DNA from: Trypanosoma brucei
Taxonomy: Eukaryota
Direction: 5' to 3'
NCBI GenBank assembly: GCA_000002445.1
Contig: CH464491.1
Location: forward strand, 1,888,001-1,952,000
DNA length: 64,000 bases
Position 1 is the first letter of the stretch; each line of letters begins with the position of its first letter. The position numbers and the translations under genes are program-made. The notes under the pieces were generated by a model that made no database searches, had not been told where the DNA came from, and worked only from the letters and a program-made list of their open reading frames with translations. Shown one piece after another: positions 1 to 11,600 of the stretch.

Positions 1-639
1 AAAGAATGGAGGAATATGAGTGACGAAGCTGCTTAAGGCAAGAACCGCCCCACTTCCCGTTGCCTTCGGGACAGGCAGTGTAGACGTCGTCACATTGAAG
101 TCCGGGGGTGGTGGTGGGTACTTCCTTAGGCCAACGTCATAATAAAAGTCCACAGGCTGGATTTCGTTCACCCCCTCCACCACCAACCGGCCTGCTGGTT
201 GCACGAAATAACCTCCTTCGATATCTGGAGGGGGAACCTTGCTGCTGTTGCTTTTTACCTCTTCCTCTTTCCTTTCTGGCGTTTCAGTTTCCTGTGGCGG
301 AGTGCCTTTGTAAAACCGGAGACCACTTCTATCCAGGCAAATACCAAGTCCTTTTGCCTTTGATAGTGCGGCTGCCAGTGTCTTGTGGGGACGCACGTGC
401 TGACGACGGCTCTCGAGAGACAAGTCGTTGTACAGAGACCCGACGGACATCCACGTCCCGTCTGGTATGCGGTCCAAAATCTCTTGTAACTCACACACGA
501 GTGCGGGATGAACTGTGTCAATCGTGGAGGAGTTGTCAGTATTGCTGCACCACCGCCTTTCCACCGGGGTACGGAAGGGCGGCACCGCAAGACCAGCTCT
601 GAGGCATCTGATGGACTGTGCAAAGAAGTGGCACAGCAT
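1..639 (-). CDS. Hypothetical protein, 3'-truncated by the window edge. The ORF is open from Met at 639 through position 1 and is absent from the supplied ORF track because no stop lies inside the window.
   Basis: Manual translation of the minus strand in the frame 639,636,...: MLCHFFAQSIRCLRAGLAVPPFRTPVERRWCSNTDNSSTIDTVHPALVCELQEILDRIPDGTWMSVGSLYNDLSLESRRQHVRPHKTLAAALSKAKGLGICLDRSGLRFYKGTPPQETETPERKEEEVKSNSSKVPPPDIEGGYFVQPAGRLVVEGVNEIQPVDFYYDVGLRKYPPPPPDFNVTTSTLPVPKATGSGAVLALSSFVTHIPPFF... This is >210 codons with no stop. In-frame stops lie just upstream at 744-742 and 735-733. A purine-rich plus-strand tract at ~955-1015 (polyY in mRNA sense) fits a splice-acceptor region. Same strand as every other gene here. 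Confidence 0.4.
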   Translation of the reverse strand, partial: MLCHFFAQSIRCLRAGLAVPPFRTPVERRWCSNTDNSSTIDTVHPALVCELQEILDRIPDGTWMSVGSLYNDLSLESRRQHVRPHKTLAAALSKAKGLGICLDRSGLRFYKGTPPQETETPERKEEEVKSNSSKVPPPDIEGGYFVQPAGRLVVEGVNEIQPVDFYYDVGLRKYPPPPPDFNVTTSTLPVPKATGSGAVLALSSFVTHIPPFF

Positions 640-1134
640 TTCAACCGAGATGTGCTTTTTCGTGTGTGTGATAAAGTGAGTCAAGGGCTCAGTGGTGTAA
701 CTTATCGTCAGTTCCGGGAGTGCGATCGTGATCTATGTATTTTAGCAGCCGCAACTCATGTGGTAGTTTGCAACGCTTACCCTTGTGCTCAAAAACGCGA
801 ACTCACTTCCTCGAAGAGTTGGAGGACCCCTACTCACGTTCCCACAACACTGATCCGCCGCTGCTAACCAGGGGTAAACTAAATAGTTCGTGGTGAGGAA
901 AACAAAGTATCCCTCGCCCCTTTCACCCCTCATGTTGTTGCAAACGATAGAAAACAGATGAACAAAAGCGGTAAGTGGAAGCAAGAAAAGATGGGTGCAG
1001 GGAAGGGACATGGTAAGCTACGCTTCTTTTCTGTAGTGGGACAAGGTGAGTCCAAACCGATAACCCGAGATATTTTTCGCCGCGTTAAACACTCACAGGT
1101 ATATGTATTATGCTTTCTTAGGCCTCTTGCAACT

Positions 1135-2817
1135 CTAACAAAGTGTTGCGGGGTCGACATTTTTCCACTTCCGCCACGGCCCGTTGGCAAACGTGTTAAC
1201 GATAAAGGAGCTAACCTCCAAAACAAAGAGAGAATGCCTCACCCCACAAAGGGTGTCATTAACTCGCTCAACTTTCCACCTGACCGTTAGGTCCACACCG
1301 GAAACTCCGGCAGGGCACATCAGCACGCTCCCGGTGCGGAGGATGACGGTGGGAAGAATTAAGGAATCTTTCGTCTTCCCTGCACCTAGCTGGCCATGCA
1401 TGTTATCACCGAACCCAACTACCGTAGTATTGTCCAGTTGAATGAGAAAATGCTCCCGCCCCACAATATTATGAACACAGTTCACAGGTTCGGCATCCGA
1501 TGGTAATGGTAGTGGCACCCATGTTTTTGAAAATGAGTCTTCCTCACCCAAACCAATCAAACCACTACCCATAACTTCGATCTCCGTTAGCAGTTGCGGA
1601 GCTTTATGGTAGCGGAACATTATCTCGTTCCCTGCGTGAAGGGTGACGGCTTCAGCCTCCTCACGTGGAACTGATGAGGCGTCATCCTCCACCTCGTTGC
1701 AGTAGTAGCAACCCCAATGAAAGGTCCGAACGTGGTCTGTGTCACAACTGCCATCTCCCGGTGCGGACTTGCACCTCACGGTTACGGCGGAATGCAGATG
1801 CATTGCTTGGAGATCAACCACCTCGAGGGAGCCTGTGCCCGCTTGGGTGCTCAAACATTCAAGTAAGACCGGAAGTCCAACAGGTTGGAACCTCTCTGAC
1901 GAAAACGCAGCCCGCCTCTGCTTCTTTGGTTTCCACTGCCTTTCCTTATCATCAATACAAGCAGATGCTTCTGTTTCCATAGGATCCACCCCCTGGGTTT
2001 TGCGCGCCGCATTTTGCAAAGCAGATTGCATCGTCTTGGCTTTTGCCTGCAAAATGGACCACATATCACCATCATAGCCAAGCTCACCAAAATCCCCCTT
2101 TCCAGCGGCCAGAACAAGCAAGGGGTGGCTACGATGCTGTGCAACACTATCATCAGCTTCGCCAGTTGCCAGCGTTGCGTCGCGCAGGGCCAGCAGCGTG
2201 TGGTGAGTGCCACAGCTAACGTGAGTTAGCTGACCCCTTTTTAATAAATCATAAGCACCAGCAGCATCCTCACGACCGCCGCATTGGTCAGCGGTGTTGC
2301 TGGCATCACCATTCACCTGAAGGGCAGATAACACGAGGGTAAAAGAAAAAAGGCCATCATCACATGGCAAACCCAGCTGGCCATCCTCATTTTTGCCGCA
2401 GGCATACAAACCATCTTCCGTCCATGCAAAAGTGTGATATGCGCCACAAACGATATCCTTTGTATTCTTTCCATCGAAGAAGGGGATGCGTGTGGGGACT
2501 GACACGCACGCCGGCGAGCCGCGGCCCATGCCAAGCTGTCCATTCTCGTTGAGACCCCAGCCGTACACTCCCTCAGTCGTGATGACAAAATTGTGATAAC
2601 CACCGACACGTACCGTTCGGATGTTTCCCAATGGTCGACCATCGCTGTCAGCACTTCCCAGGAAAAAAGGAATTAGAACGACCTTGTACTGCGTATCGCT
2701 GATGCCAATGCCCAACCTTCCGTCGTTACCGCATCCGCAGACGGCAATGACAGTACTGGTTGCTGCTTCGGTGGGTTCCGGTGTATTTTCTGTGACACAA
2801 GAAACGCGTTCTTCCAT
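1135..2817 (-). CDS. RCC1 (regulator of chromosome condensation) repeat-containing protein.
   Basis: Repeated RCC1 blade motifs: GGYHNFVITTEGVYGWGLNENGQLGMG, CGAYHTFAWTEDGLYACGKNEDGQLG, VSCGTHHTLLAL. The ORF in the track extends to 2931, but its first 38 codons (MLYSF...HTHTSL..) translate a CA-repeat/low-complexity leader. The Met at 2817 (MEERVSCVTEN..) is the more plausible start. Confidence 0.7.
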   Translation of the reverse strand: MEERVSCVTENTPEPTEAATSTVIAVCGCGNDGRLGIGISDTQYKVVLIPFFLGSADSDGRPLGNIRTVRVGGYHNFVITTEGVYGWGLNENGQLGMGRGSPACVSVPTRIPFFDGKNTKDIVCGAYHTFAWTEDGLYACGKNEDGQLGLPCDDGLFSFTLVLSALQVNGDASNTADQCGGREDAAGAYDLLKRGQLTHVSCGTHHTLLALRDATLATGEADDSVAQHRSHPLLVLAAGKGDFGELGYDGDMWSILQAKAKTMQSALQNAARKTQGVDPMETEASACIDDKERQWKPKKQRRAAFSSERFQPVGLPVLLECLSTQAGTGSLEVVDLQAMHLHSAVTVRCKSAPGDGSCDTDHVRTFHWGCYYCNEVEDDASSVPREEAEAVTLHAGNEIMFRYHKAPQLLTEIEVMGSGLIGLGEEDSFSKTWVPLPLPSDAEPVNCVHNIVGREHFLIQLDNTTVVGFGDNMHGQLGAGKTKDSLILPTVILRTGSVLMCPAGVSGVDLTVRWKVERVNDTLCGVRHSLFVLEVSSFIVNTFANGPWRKWKNVDPATLC

Positions 2818-3341
2818 TCTTTTATATATGTGTTGATTTGTTAATGCAGAGGCCTGAGGTAAACTAGTGTGTGTGTGCAGTGGGGGAAGTAGATGATGAA
2901 CAGTATATCGTGATGCGAATGAATATAACAATACTGATTGCGATTGTGCAAACTCTACCGTTCATCCGCATAATGAACTGTTACCCAGAGGTACGAGCAC
3001 AGAATTTACGTTTATTCGCGATATGCATACCGACATGCATTTTCTTGTTACCTTTTTTTAAAAAAAATAAGATAGGCGCGTGCGCGTGCATGACATCCGG
3101 ATGCAGGTTGCACAAGGACATATCCCTCGACGTCCCGCTTCGAGAGGACCCTTCTGCACTGGTGGTGCCTCGTATCCTTCATCACGCGTACCAGTTAATT
3201 AACGTGAGCTTCATTTGGTCACTATTTGATTATTCAGCCGGCCTCCAACTATACTGCGACTTTTATACTCCTCCGCCGTGAGAGCTATGAACCCCTATAT
3301 TCCCCCCTCATATTCGTCCAATCACTGATGCTTCATACAGT

Positions 3342-5693
3342 TTATTCCGTCCATGCTGATACAACACCATCTTCGGTTGAGGTGAATATCCATGGAAGCG
3401 TTGGATGCCAGGCGACGGAGTAGACAGCCCTGCGATGCTTCAGAATCTTTACCGGAACCAGAAGTGCGTTCTTATTGTAATCATCGTATACCATGCCGTG
3501 GAACACATGCACCTGCCCATCTGCCGCACCCGATGCAAACAACGGATAGGCATTTGTATTCGTGTGGAAAGCCACTGCGTTGACGACGCCCTTGTGCGAT
3601 CGCATGCGCTTGTAAGGCTTGTCCGAGAAGTCGCAATCATACCATTGCGTGTGGCTCGTCGTATCGCCAACTAAGAAGTTATCACCTTCAGTGTGGATAG
3701 AAAGGCACGTAGTGATGCCTCCCGGCGCCTTGTATCTGCGTTGCAATTTGTGCGCGAGAAGATTGTACATTCGCACAGAGTTTGTTGTCGAAAGGAAGAA
3801 GAGCGGCTCACGTGGATGGAACTTGCAGTCTGTAACCACCTCAGAGAACTTGCGAAATGGGCAGAAAACCTTTCGTTTAGATAATTGTAGCATCACAGTT
3901 TGACGGTACTTGACGTGGTCCTTCGGACACAGGGCACAGAGGTAGTCACCACGGGCGTGGAAGGTAAAGCGCTTCACCTTCGCATGCAGGGCAATCTTCA
4001 AAACAATGCCAGCGCGGCGTTCCTTTGCTGAGGCGTCGAAAAATTCGGCACGTTTGTCTCGTTCCTCCACATCGTGCAGGTCTTGTAGGATAGAATGGGC
4101 CGTCTCATCCTTGTCAAGTGCTGCCTGAGTGATGCCACCACCCCCAAGAGACACTTCACCACCAACAACTTGTTCAACCTCGGTATTGTTAACCGCGGTG
4201 CCAGGGGCCCGAAGGTGTCGTAGTGTATTCTCATTTACCAGTTCGTGTGCAGCAAACCTCGGTACAATAAACACGAGACTGTATTCCACTGCCACTGCCA
4301 ATATATTTAGTGTCTTTACGGGACAGAACTCTACTTGCTGCACAGGTGCACCCATATCGTATCGCTTCATCAGTCGCCCAGTCATTACCTCATAGACACG
4401 CACTAAATGGTCATCGCAGGCAGTTGCCAGATATTGGCCGTTAGGGTTGACTGCAACGCTGCGCACCGTCGCGGTATGGCCTTTATACTGGAAGGACAAC
4501 CTCTCGGGATATGGCCGAAGATCCCTTGGGTCTGGAAGCTCAGGCAGTAACTTGGAGGGATCCACCACAAGTCGAGTACGTTGCGCTCGCGGAAAGAACG
4601 CAAGATCGAGACATCGCTGGTACCGATCTTGTATAGTGTGATTATAAAAGGGCACATGCCGTAGGGCATCAAAGGCGCGCGGAAGGAAGTGCTCTTTCTT
4701 GTCAATTGCGCGCAGCCGGGCAAAGCGTTCCTTCGCCCTCTCACTTGGGAGGTACTCAGGCGGCGGCCGGTAACTTTCATATGTACCAGGTGGTGCGGCT
4801 TTGGGTTTCGGAACGCGGTTATGATATTTGAAGTGAGTGTGCGTGTCCATAACCACTTTCCCATCATCCCAAAGTATTGTTGTTTCACTTTCTGTTTCAT
4901 CTTTGGGTTTGTTCTCCTTCTCTTTGTCTTCCTTCATCATGCGACGTACCATCTTGGCAATAGTTTTCATATCACGATCGGACGGAAGGAACTTCCTCTT
5001 CGACGGTCCGGCGCTTCGAGCCAGTGGGTGGTTGAGTGGATCAAATTCAACCGTGTCGACCGCAACGTCCTCGTACATGTTGTAGTTCGGATTGGGCGTA
5101 CGATTCCGTTGGAGGTTAAATATCATTTGTAGGTCTGCGTTGCTCAGTACCTTTTTCTCATCGTGCAGGGCGTCGTAAATGGTGCGCATAGCGTTCGGGT
5201 CATCTGTTGCTTCCAACAAACGTTCCAACGCCGACCGTTCACTCTTCATCAACTTGCGACCTTCAACGTCATACCCGTAGTGGGCTTCGTCTTTATACCA
5301 CTCAAGAGGAATGTCGCCTACACGATTGAGTGTGGCTTCATCTTCGCTACTATCCGACTCATCCAACTTCTGAGTTGCGCCGATGCGAATAACATCACAG
5401 TCGGGACCCCCTTGTGGTTCAACCAACTCCTGGGCGTCAGGAAAGAGAAACACTTCATCATCGCTCTCCCTATCGCTCCATATCAACTCATCCCGCAGAT
5501 CCGTGGCGTTTGTCTGAGAGCTTGTCAACACTTCATCGCCGTTGCCTCCCTCCCCAGGAGACGGTGGCGGCGTGGTGGACAGGTCTGGCTTTTGTTTACC
5601 TGAATCATCGACGGCTCTGGGTGATGGTGAGGGCGTCTTGTGTACTCTGCTCGTGACCCGCGACGTGGGCTCACGCTTCTTGACCATCGACAC
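3342..5693 (-). CDS. BOP1: Ribosome biogenesis protein BOP1/Erb1 homolog (BOP1 N-terminal domain plus C-terminal WD40 repeats).
   Basis: N-terminal acidic region, then a BOP1NT-like block (DIPLEWYKDEAHYGYDVEGRKLMK ... KRKFLPSDRDMKTIAKMVRRMMKE ... YESYRPPPEYLPSERAKERFARL), followed by multiple WD40-like repeats (GHTATVRSVAVNPNGQYLATACDDHLVRVYEV; HKGVVNAVAFHTN..; VYSVAWHPTLPWIFTSTEDGVVSAW). 783 aa, similar in size to eukaryotic BOP1. Confidence 0.8.
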   Translation of the reverse strand: MSMVKKREPTSRVTSRVHKTPSPSPRAVDDSGKQKPDLSTTPPPSPGEGGNGDEVLTSSQTNATDLRDELIWSDRESDDEVFLFPDAQELVEPQGGPDCDVIRIGATQKLDESDSSEDEATLNRVGDIPLEWYKDEAHYGYDVEGRKLMKSERSALERLLEATDDPNAMRTIYDALHDEKKVLSNADLQMIFNLQRNRTPNPNYNMYEDVAVDTVEFDPLNHPLARSAGPSKRKFLPSDRDMKTIAKMVRRMMKEDKEKENKPKDETESETTILWDDGKVVMDTHTHFKYHNRVPKPKAAPPGTYESYRPPPEYLPSERAKERFARLRAIDKKEHFLPRAFDALRHVPFYNHTIQDRYQRCLDLAFFPRAQRTRLVVDPSKLLPELPDPRDLRPYPERLSFQYKGHTATVRSVAVNPNGQYLATACDDHLVRVYEVMTGRLMKRYDMGAPVQQVEFCPVKTLNILAVAVEYSLVFIVPRFAAHELVNENTLRHLRAPGTAVNNTEVEQVVGGEVSLGGGGITQAALDKDETAHSILQDLHDVEERDKRAEFFDASAKERRAGIVLKIALHAKVKRFTFHARGDYLCALCPKDHVKYRQTVMLQLSKRKVFCPFRKFSEVVTDCKFHPREPLFFLSTTNSVRMYNLLAHKLQRRYKAPGGITTCLSIHTEGDNFLVGDTTSHTQWYDCDFSDKPYKRMRSHKGVVNAVAFHTNTNAYPLFASGAADGQVHVFHGMVYDDYNKNALLVPVKILKHRRAVYSVAWHPTLPWIFTSTEDGVVSAWTE

Positions 5694-6055
5694 TAGCTGT
5701 TGAAGAGTACAAAATGATAGCGGAAGAATTAAAGAACAGTTATTTGGATGGACTCGGGAAGGGATTCACGCGCTCATTTACACACAACGTTCGCAACATG
5801 AAAGGAATGATAACTTTAGATGTGTGATCAAGAACGACTTTCCGCATGTCATTCGCAAGCAAACAGTTAATAAGCGGCTTTAATTTCAAGACTTCTTCTA
5901 TCTTCCAATATAAAAAGGCGCATACTAATGCACACACATAGACGTTGTTTAAAGCAATCAGACATTTACGCAGATCCAGTTTTCTATAATAAGTTGTACA
6001 CCTGCTTCCATCGCACAAGTGGGGAAAAAGAAAGGGTAGTCTAAGAAACGTACTT

Positions 6056-7222
6056 TCATGATCCGCGTGAAGTTGAACTCGATTGTCCACGGGTTCGCAT
6101 GCCCTCCTGGGGGCACTCCTGCATCCTAATCTTGAGTTGCTCGGACTCGGAAAGGAATCGTCGAAAGGGCCCACGAAGGAACGCCATTGCCATTTCGTGC
6201 ACTTCTTCTGTACAAGACCTGGTTTCACACCTTCCGTTACTATCGTGCCCCCCTTTGCTCGACAGGGCAAGTTGCCGACGAAGCGCATCATTCTCTTCTC
6301 TGAGAGAGCGATTGAGGGCCTTTTGAGTTCTCAGTTGCTCTTCCATTCTCGCGAGTCCGGACACGGCACTTCTCACGGCACTTTTTACCTCCGAAACTGA
6401 AAGCCCATCCAGTGCTTCCGCTACGCCCCTCCCGGACGCCCTCTCTAAAACCTCACCAACTGCCTCAGACCGTCCGTTAGAAACCAACCACCGTTGACCA
6501 CCACTACGTTTCGAGTGTGAAGAAGCCGTAATAACGCCAGCAACGCTTGAGGTCATCTCTGCTTGCACGAGGCTGTGTGTCAGTTCATCAATACGGTGCT
6601 TCTGCAACGAGATTACCCCGTGGAGTCGTTTTATCTCCTCTTCAGCAATAGCTACCTCCCTTTCACGCATCTCAGCCCGACACCGAAATTCTCGCACTTC
6701 CTTTTCTCTATCCAAAAGGCAGCGTTGTAGCCTTCGAGCCCAATCACGTTTAGCGGTCGACTCACTACTGGTGATGCCACTTCCATTGCTAAATGCGCTA
6801 ACCGTCAACCGCTTGCCGTTACGGTTCTCCTTCGGTGTAAACCTAATTGCATCAACGGATGTGGATCGCGAGGGAGTTGCTCCCGCACCCGGATTTTCCC
6901 TTGCGTCGGGCGATGACGATCCATGCCAAAAATCGACACCCTCTGGGGGTGAAGTTGAGCTCGAACCCAGAACGTGAAGTACGTGCGCGTTATGCAGGCG
7001 ACTCTCTCCACTTGTTGGTGTGCGTGTCTTTTCCCTTACCGGCGGCGAAGTGGTGTCTAATTTCTGTGGTTTCACAGTTCGATACGACTGCTGCCTTTGC
7101 CCGCTGCATGGTCGTGACCCCGTAGTGGAGAGGGAAGAGGCGAGCAGTGTTGAAACGGAGGGGTCTTCCGGGAGTTGACGGTTCATTGCAGCGCCGTTAG
7201 GCGAAGTGGCAACGGCCATCAC
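6056..7222 (-). CDS. Hypothetical coiled-coil protein (S/T-rich N-terminal half, heptad-rich C-terminal half).
   Basis: 388-aa ORF on the same strand as its neighbours. Central coiled-coil-like segment (REKEVREFRCRAEMREREVAIAEEEIKRLHGVISLQKHRIDELTHSLVQAEM; MEEQLRTQKALNRSLREENDALRRQLA). PolyY tract (mRNA sense) at ~7440-7560 upstream of the ATG. No recognisable catalytic motif. Confidence 0.55.
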   Translation of the reverse strand: MMAVATSPNGAAMNRQLPEDPSVSTLLASSLSTTGSRPCSGQRQQSYRTVKPQKLDTTSPPVREKTRTPTSGESRLHNAHVLHVLGSSSTSPPEGVDFWHGSSSPDARENPGAGATPSRSTSVDAIRFTPKENRNGKRLTVSAFSNGSGITSSESTAKRDWARRLQRCLLDREKEVREFRCRAEMREREVAIAEEEIKRLHGVISLQKHRIDELTHSLVQAEMTSSVAGVITASSHSKRSGGQRWLVSNGRSEAVGEVLERASGRGVAEALDGLSVSEVKSAVRSAVSGLARMEEQLRTQKALNRSLREENDALRRQLALSSKGGHDSNGRCETRSCTEEVHEMAMAFLRGPFRRFLSESEQLKIRMQECPQEGMRTRGQSSSTSRGS

Positions 7223-7439
7223 TAATGCCTAAACGCGTAGGCGCGAAAAGGCAAGAAAAGTAACTAAGAACTTCAATGTGAACAAAAAATACATATACGT
7301 GTATGCAAGAGAGTGAATGGACGTATGTGAGAGCGAGTATGTAGATGGACGTTCCATGCCAAGCAGACAGTGACTCCGCAAGGCGGTATTGGTAATTAAA
7401 CAGAGCAAGTCACAGGTGTCAAAACTCTTTTTTATCATC

Positions 7440-7560
7440 AGGCCGCGTGACAAGGCGACAGCGGCAGCACCGTTATCGGCAGAGAGAAAAGACCGAGGAC
7501 GCAAAGTAAAACGGAGGAAAGGCGTAGGCAGTGAGGGAAATGGGGTACAAAGCACTGGAG
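7440..7560 (-). promoter_or_regulatory. Polypyrimidine-rich (mRNA sense) region upstream of the 6056..7222 gene.
   Basis: Plus strand purine-rich: gcagagagaaaagaccgaggacgcaaagtaaaacggaggaaaggcgtaggcagtgagggaaatggggtacaaag. Confidence 0.4.
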
Positions 7561-8629
7561 AAATGATTCAGTAGAACCAGCAGCACTTACAAAACCAAAT
7601 GTGACTCCTTCCCCTTGGTGTATTACTTATCGTTTGGGTGAGCTGGAATAAGAAAGAACCCTCTTTGGGTAGTTAAAACTCCCCCTTAGTCAGCAGCCCC
7701 CTCCTCCTCTCCCTGTGTGTGTGTGTGTTTGTGGGGGATGAGAAACAACAAACTATCATAACTGTCCAGTAATTACAGGGTACACAACGGCCAAACAAAA
7801 AAAAACATCTATCAACGACCCACTTCCTTCCCCACTGCTGCGCTTACTGCTAATGCTATAGTAAGCATATTTCAGACAGGTGTTCTTTACACTTCATCGT
7901 GTCGGTTATTTAAGTATAAGAGTATACAGATACAACTACTCACGTGTGTGGAGGGCAAACACGCAAATAAATGTGTGCTTCTTAGTGAAGAAACAACAAC
8001 AACAAAAACAAAAACAGCAACCTCACCTTCGACTGCGGGAAAGCTTTCTTGGTTCCCACAAGGAGCGCTGCCCAGCCATCCTCCTTTTTAAAAGGAAGAA
8101 AAACCTACTTTCTTTTCCTTATTTGTTTCAGTTTGTCGATTTGTATTCCCTTCCCCCCTCCCCCCTTCCCATGACGGTTACATTACATATATTACACATC
8201 TTTCTCTGTATTCACCTTCCTTCTCCTTTTTCATCGTTTCCCCTTAACTCCTGCTCTCTCTCTCTCTATATATATATCCCTCTCTTCTCATCCCCTGGCC
8301 CGTGCATACTTTTGCATGGCTGGGAGAATTTCCCCTTTCGTAGTCGGTGTCCCTCGCCCAATTCGCCATCCTTACTTCCTCACCCATAGTTATTACCATC
8401 TCCGCTATTTCCCTATTCACATAGGTAAGGCACTTTCCCCTGACTACGGACGCTTACAGGTAAGACAAAAAAAACCAAAGTCAAAGTGTGGTGTGCGTAT
8501 AAACAAAAAAAAATAATAATAATAATTGGGAAACGAGCGGTTAAGCTCCACGAGACGAAATGTAGCAGAAGTGGCACTGTGTAAACGCACAGATACACGT
8601 GTAGAAGAGCAACAAAAGCACTATGGCTC

Positions 8630-11600
8630 CTACTCATCCAAATGGAATGAATCTTCTCTTTCCGCATTCTCTTGTGTGGTCGATATCTCGCATTCCGCCT
8701 CCTGATCGAGGCGTTTCTGTAAGCTTCGTAGGGCCTCTATACGATCCGCTGTCGGCGACTCAGGCGGGGAAGTGGTTATTAGTCCTGGTGACGCCTTTCC
8801 TACAGGCGAGAGAATCCTTGCAGACACGACGTGTGTTTTCCGCAGTCCAACTCCCAGATCCGCGGTAGCACCCCTACCGTGTCCATCGGATTCCCTTCCT
8901 GTTGTCACTGTCACCACCTTCTCGGCAAGTGTGCTGTCAGGCAAGCAAACACGATTCATGAGAGTTGGCCGACGCTCCTTCTGATGCACCACAACGTTTG
9001 CAAGCTCCATTGATGGAGGCAGTTGAGGTGGTCGCAGCAGTGGTGCCTGTGGCACCGTAGTCCCCTGGTTTAGTTCGAGTGGCGTTTTTTGTACTTGGGC
9101 GCCGGGTGTCGGTGTGGGTGTTGTTGTGCCTGTCACACGACGAGTCTTCCTGTAGCTTGGGGAAGCCTCCTGAGGCCTCTGCCTTTGCCCTAGACGCAAA
9201 ACACCAGCAGCGCTTTGTACGGACCCTTCTCCAATGGCCTCAGGTGCCCCACCTCGACCGCTACGTTCCGCTGTGGATCCTCCTGACTGGGAAGGCTGCA
9301 AGCTGCCGGCCACTGATGTGGTGTCCACCCGCCGCAATCGGTCGTCGGCCCCTGGGACGAGGGGACCCGAGCAGAGAGCACGTGCCTGCGCCAGAATCAT
9401 GTCATAGAGTGCCTGCCAGTCGCTATTGTCTGAAGGATAAATGCGGCGGAAGTTGCGCAACCGAGAGTCTTCAGCAGCGCGGCGGCCCTCAACTGTTTTC
9501 TCCCACTCAGTCATCCCATCCTGAGTGCTGGAACTCCCTGCTCCCGTTGCGTTGCTTGCTTGATTTGCATTCGAGGAGGAGCCATTTGTGGCGACACCAT
9601 TTGCTGTATCACCGGAATTCTGTCGCTTCTGCGCCGTCGTTGTGTGTGTATTGGCGGTGTTCACCGGTGGTCGCATCATTCGCTGGATAAACTCATCACG
9701 CTCTTTCCGCTCGTCGCGCTTCCTGTCCGTCACCTTCACGTCGAGAATATCCCATACCTCACTAATAAGTGCATGTTTCACCTCGTAGTCCAGAGGTGTA
9801 TCGGTAACGAGCGACGGTGTGTGGTTTACCTCCATTAGCCATGGCTTCATTTTGTTATCCACCAAAATATCAAAACCAAGCACCTCAAAACAGCTATACC
9901 CACTATTGTGTCTTGGGAAGCAAGAGTTGTACACATTTGCAATCTGTGGCTGCGCAACCAGGATAGTTTTGCAGATGACGTGCGCCACGCGAGCCCAAAA
10001 CTGTTCTACGGACTTGCCACAGCTTTCCAGCCATTCGTTGAAAAACTTGAAGTTACGCTTGTTGCCCACATTGCAATTAGCCGGATCATCGTTGAATACA
10101 TACTCGGGATTATGTTTGTTGACGGCGTAGTTTGTCAGATGCTTACACGTGTTCTTTACATTCGCATCTGTGGGCCGTTCATAAAGTTCTGCGCACTGCC
10201 GGACAAGCCCATCATTGAAAAGAAATATCGAGGGCGCTCTGATGGACGTTAGCAGCACGTAAACGCGCAGATCAAACTTCCGTCCTTCAAGAAGCAGTGG
10301 ACGGGTAATGTACTCCTGCACAATGTAATTATCAAGATCTTCTACGGCGTTGAGAGGATCACGCGTTATCATAATTCCTCGGCCCTGGCAGCCAGAATTC
10401 GGTTTCATAATGAAAAACTTCGACAATTTCTTGCTGCGTAGGGCCATCAGAAAACGAGCAAACTGGTGCCTCTCGCTCCTAAGCGACCACGTGCGTGGAT
10501 AAAAAATGTAATGTGATGGCATTACTTTCCTCATGCGACCAAGTGTGATGCCTAAGTGCCCTTTCCGACACAACAAATACATTGAGGGGAAGTGATTTGT
10601 CCGCTGCCAGTTGGCCAGCCGGACAAGCCGCGTCAGCGGTAGCACTGTGTCTGACCACACAATATTGAAATTGTTCCTCTCTAGATCGTCCTCCAACTCC
10701 TGAATCTTAAATCCGTTTTCCTGCGCAATGATACGGAGAAGGGGATACTTGCAGAGGGCAAGGTTCACTATTTTGTACTGTGGTCGCGCCCGCCTGGAAC
10801 CCGGCGTTTTGGTGAGGCTATTCAATGGTGTACTTCTCGTACCGGGGCGCTCGAGGTCAGTGAGTCGGAGCGAAGAAAGGGGCGAAAATGGCCCAAAGGC
10901 GCCGATCGCACCTCGTGATACCGTAGAGTTTTTACTACTGTTAGGAGTGGAAACATTTGACTCCAACCTGCTCATGGCGGAACCTGCACTCCTCCGATGA
11001 ACGGGACTTCTCGACGCACTCGAGTCCCGTTCTCTCGTTGTCTCACATGGCGTTCTTTCACCAACTTTACCTGCAGAACCTGCGGAATGCCATCCACGTC
11101 TAATGGGTGAGATGGGTTTCGGCGAAACATTAATCTTCTTGGGTGTCGATATCGACCCGCCTCGCATGTCAATGCCCACCGGCTTCCGAATGGTGCTATG
11201 CTGAATGATGACCGTTTTGTCTTGTTTCTCTACAACTTCCTCTTTGACACTCGTTCCACTCATATCAATCAGCTCCCGTATGGTTTTTTTGGTTGATTTA
11301 GCGAACGGGGAGCCGAGTGTACCAGCATCTAGCCGCGGCCTCGCCATGCTTCCGCTACAACGCCTTCGCGAAGGATTTACTGAGAGGGGAGCGTCCGCAC
11401 GCAGTACACCAACTTTCGACCCCCCATCTTCGGAGATGTGCCCGGTGCCGGCCGCGCCCCCCATTGATTCCTCTCGGACATGCAAGGTTGACGACAGCGT
11501 CTCCGATATTAGGACTGCGGTGGCAACCTGCTTTCGCGGTCTAGCTATTACTGGCTCCATCATGTTCCTCATCCTTTTCTTTTGGCTTGTTTGTGGAACA

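Noticed and set aside
108-867. Plus-strand ORFs 108..602 and 508..867 and minus ORF 255..644 at the window start.
   Set aside because: They overlap a longer, better-looking minus-strand reading frame (1..639) that runs off the window edge. Treated as alternative-frame artefacts.
8090-8340. Plus-strand polypyrimidine block followed by short plus ORFs (7880..8389, 8316..8516) that might suggest a plus-strand gene.
   Set aside because: No plus-strand ORF with coding-like composition follows. The ORFs are P/S/L-rich homopolymer translations. Retained only as part of the 'wrong-strand polyY' observation.
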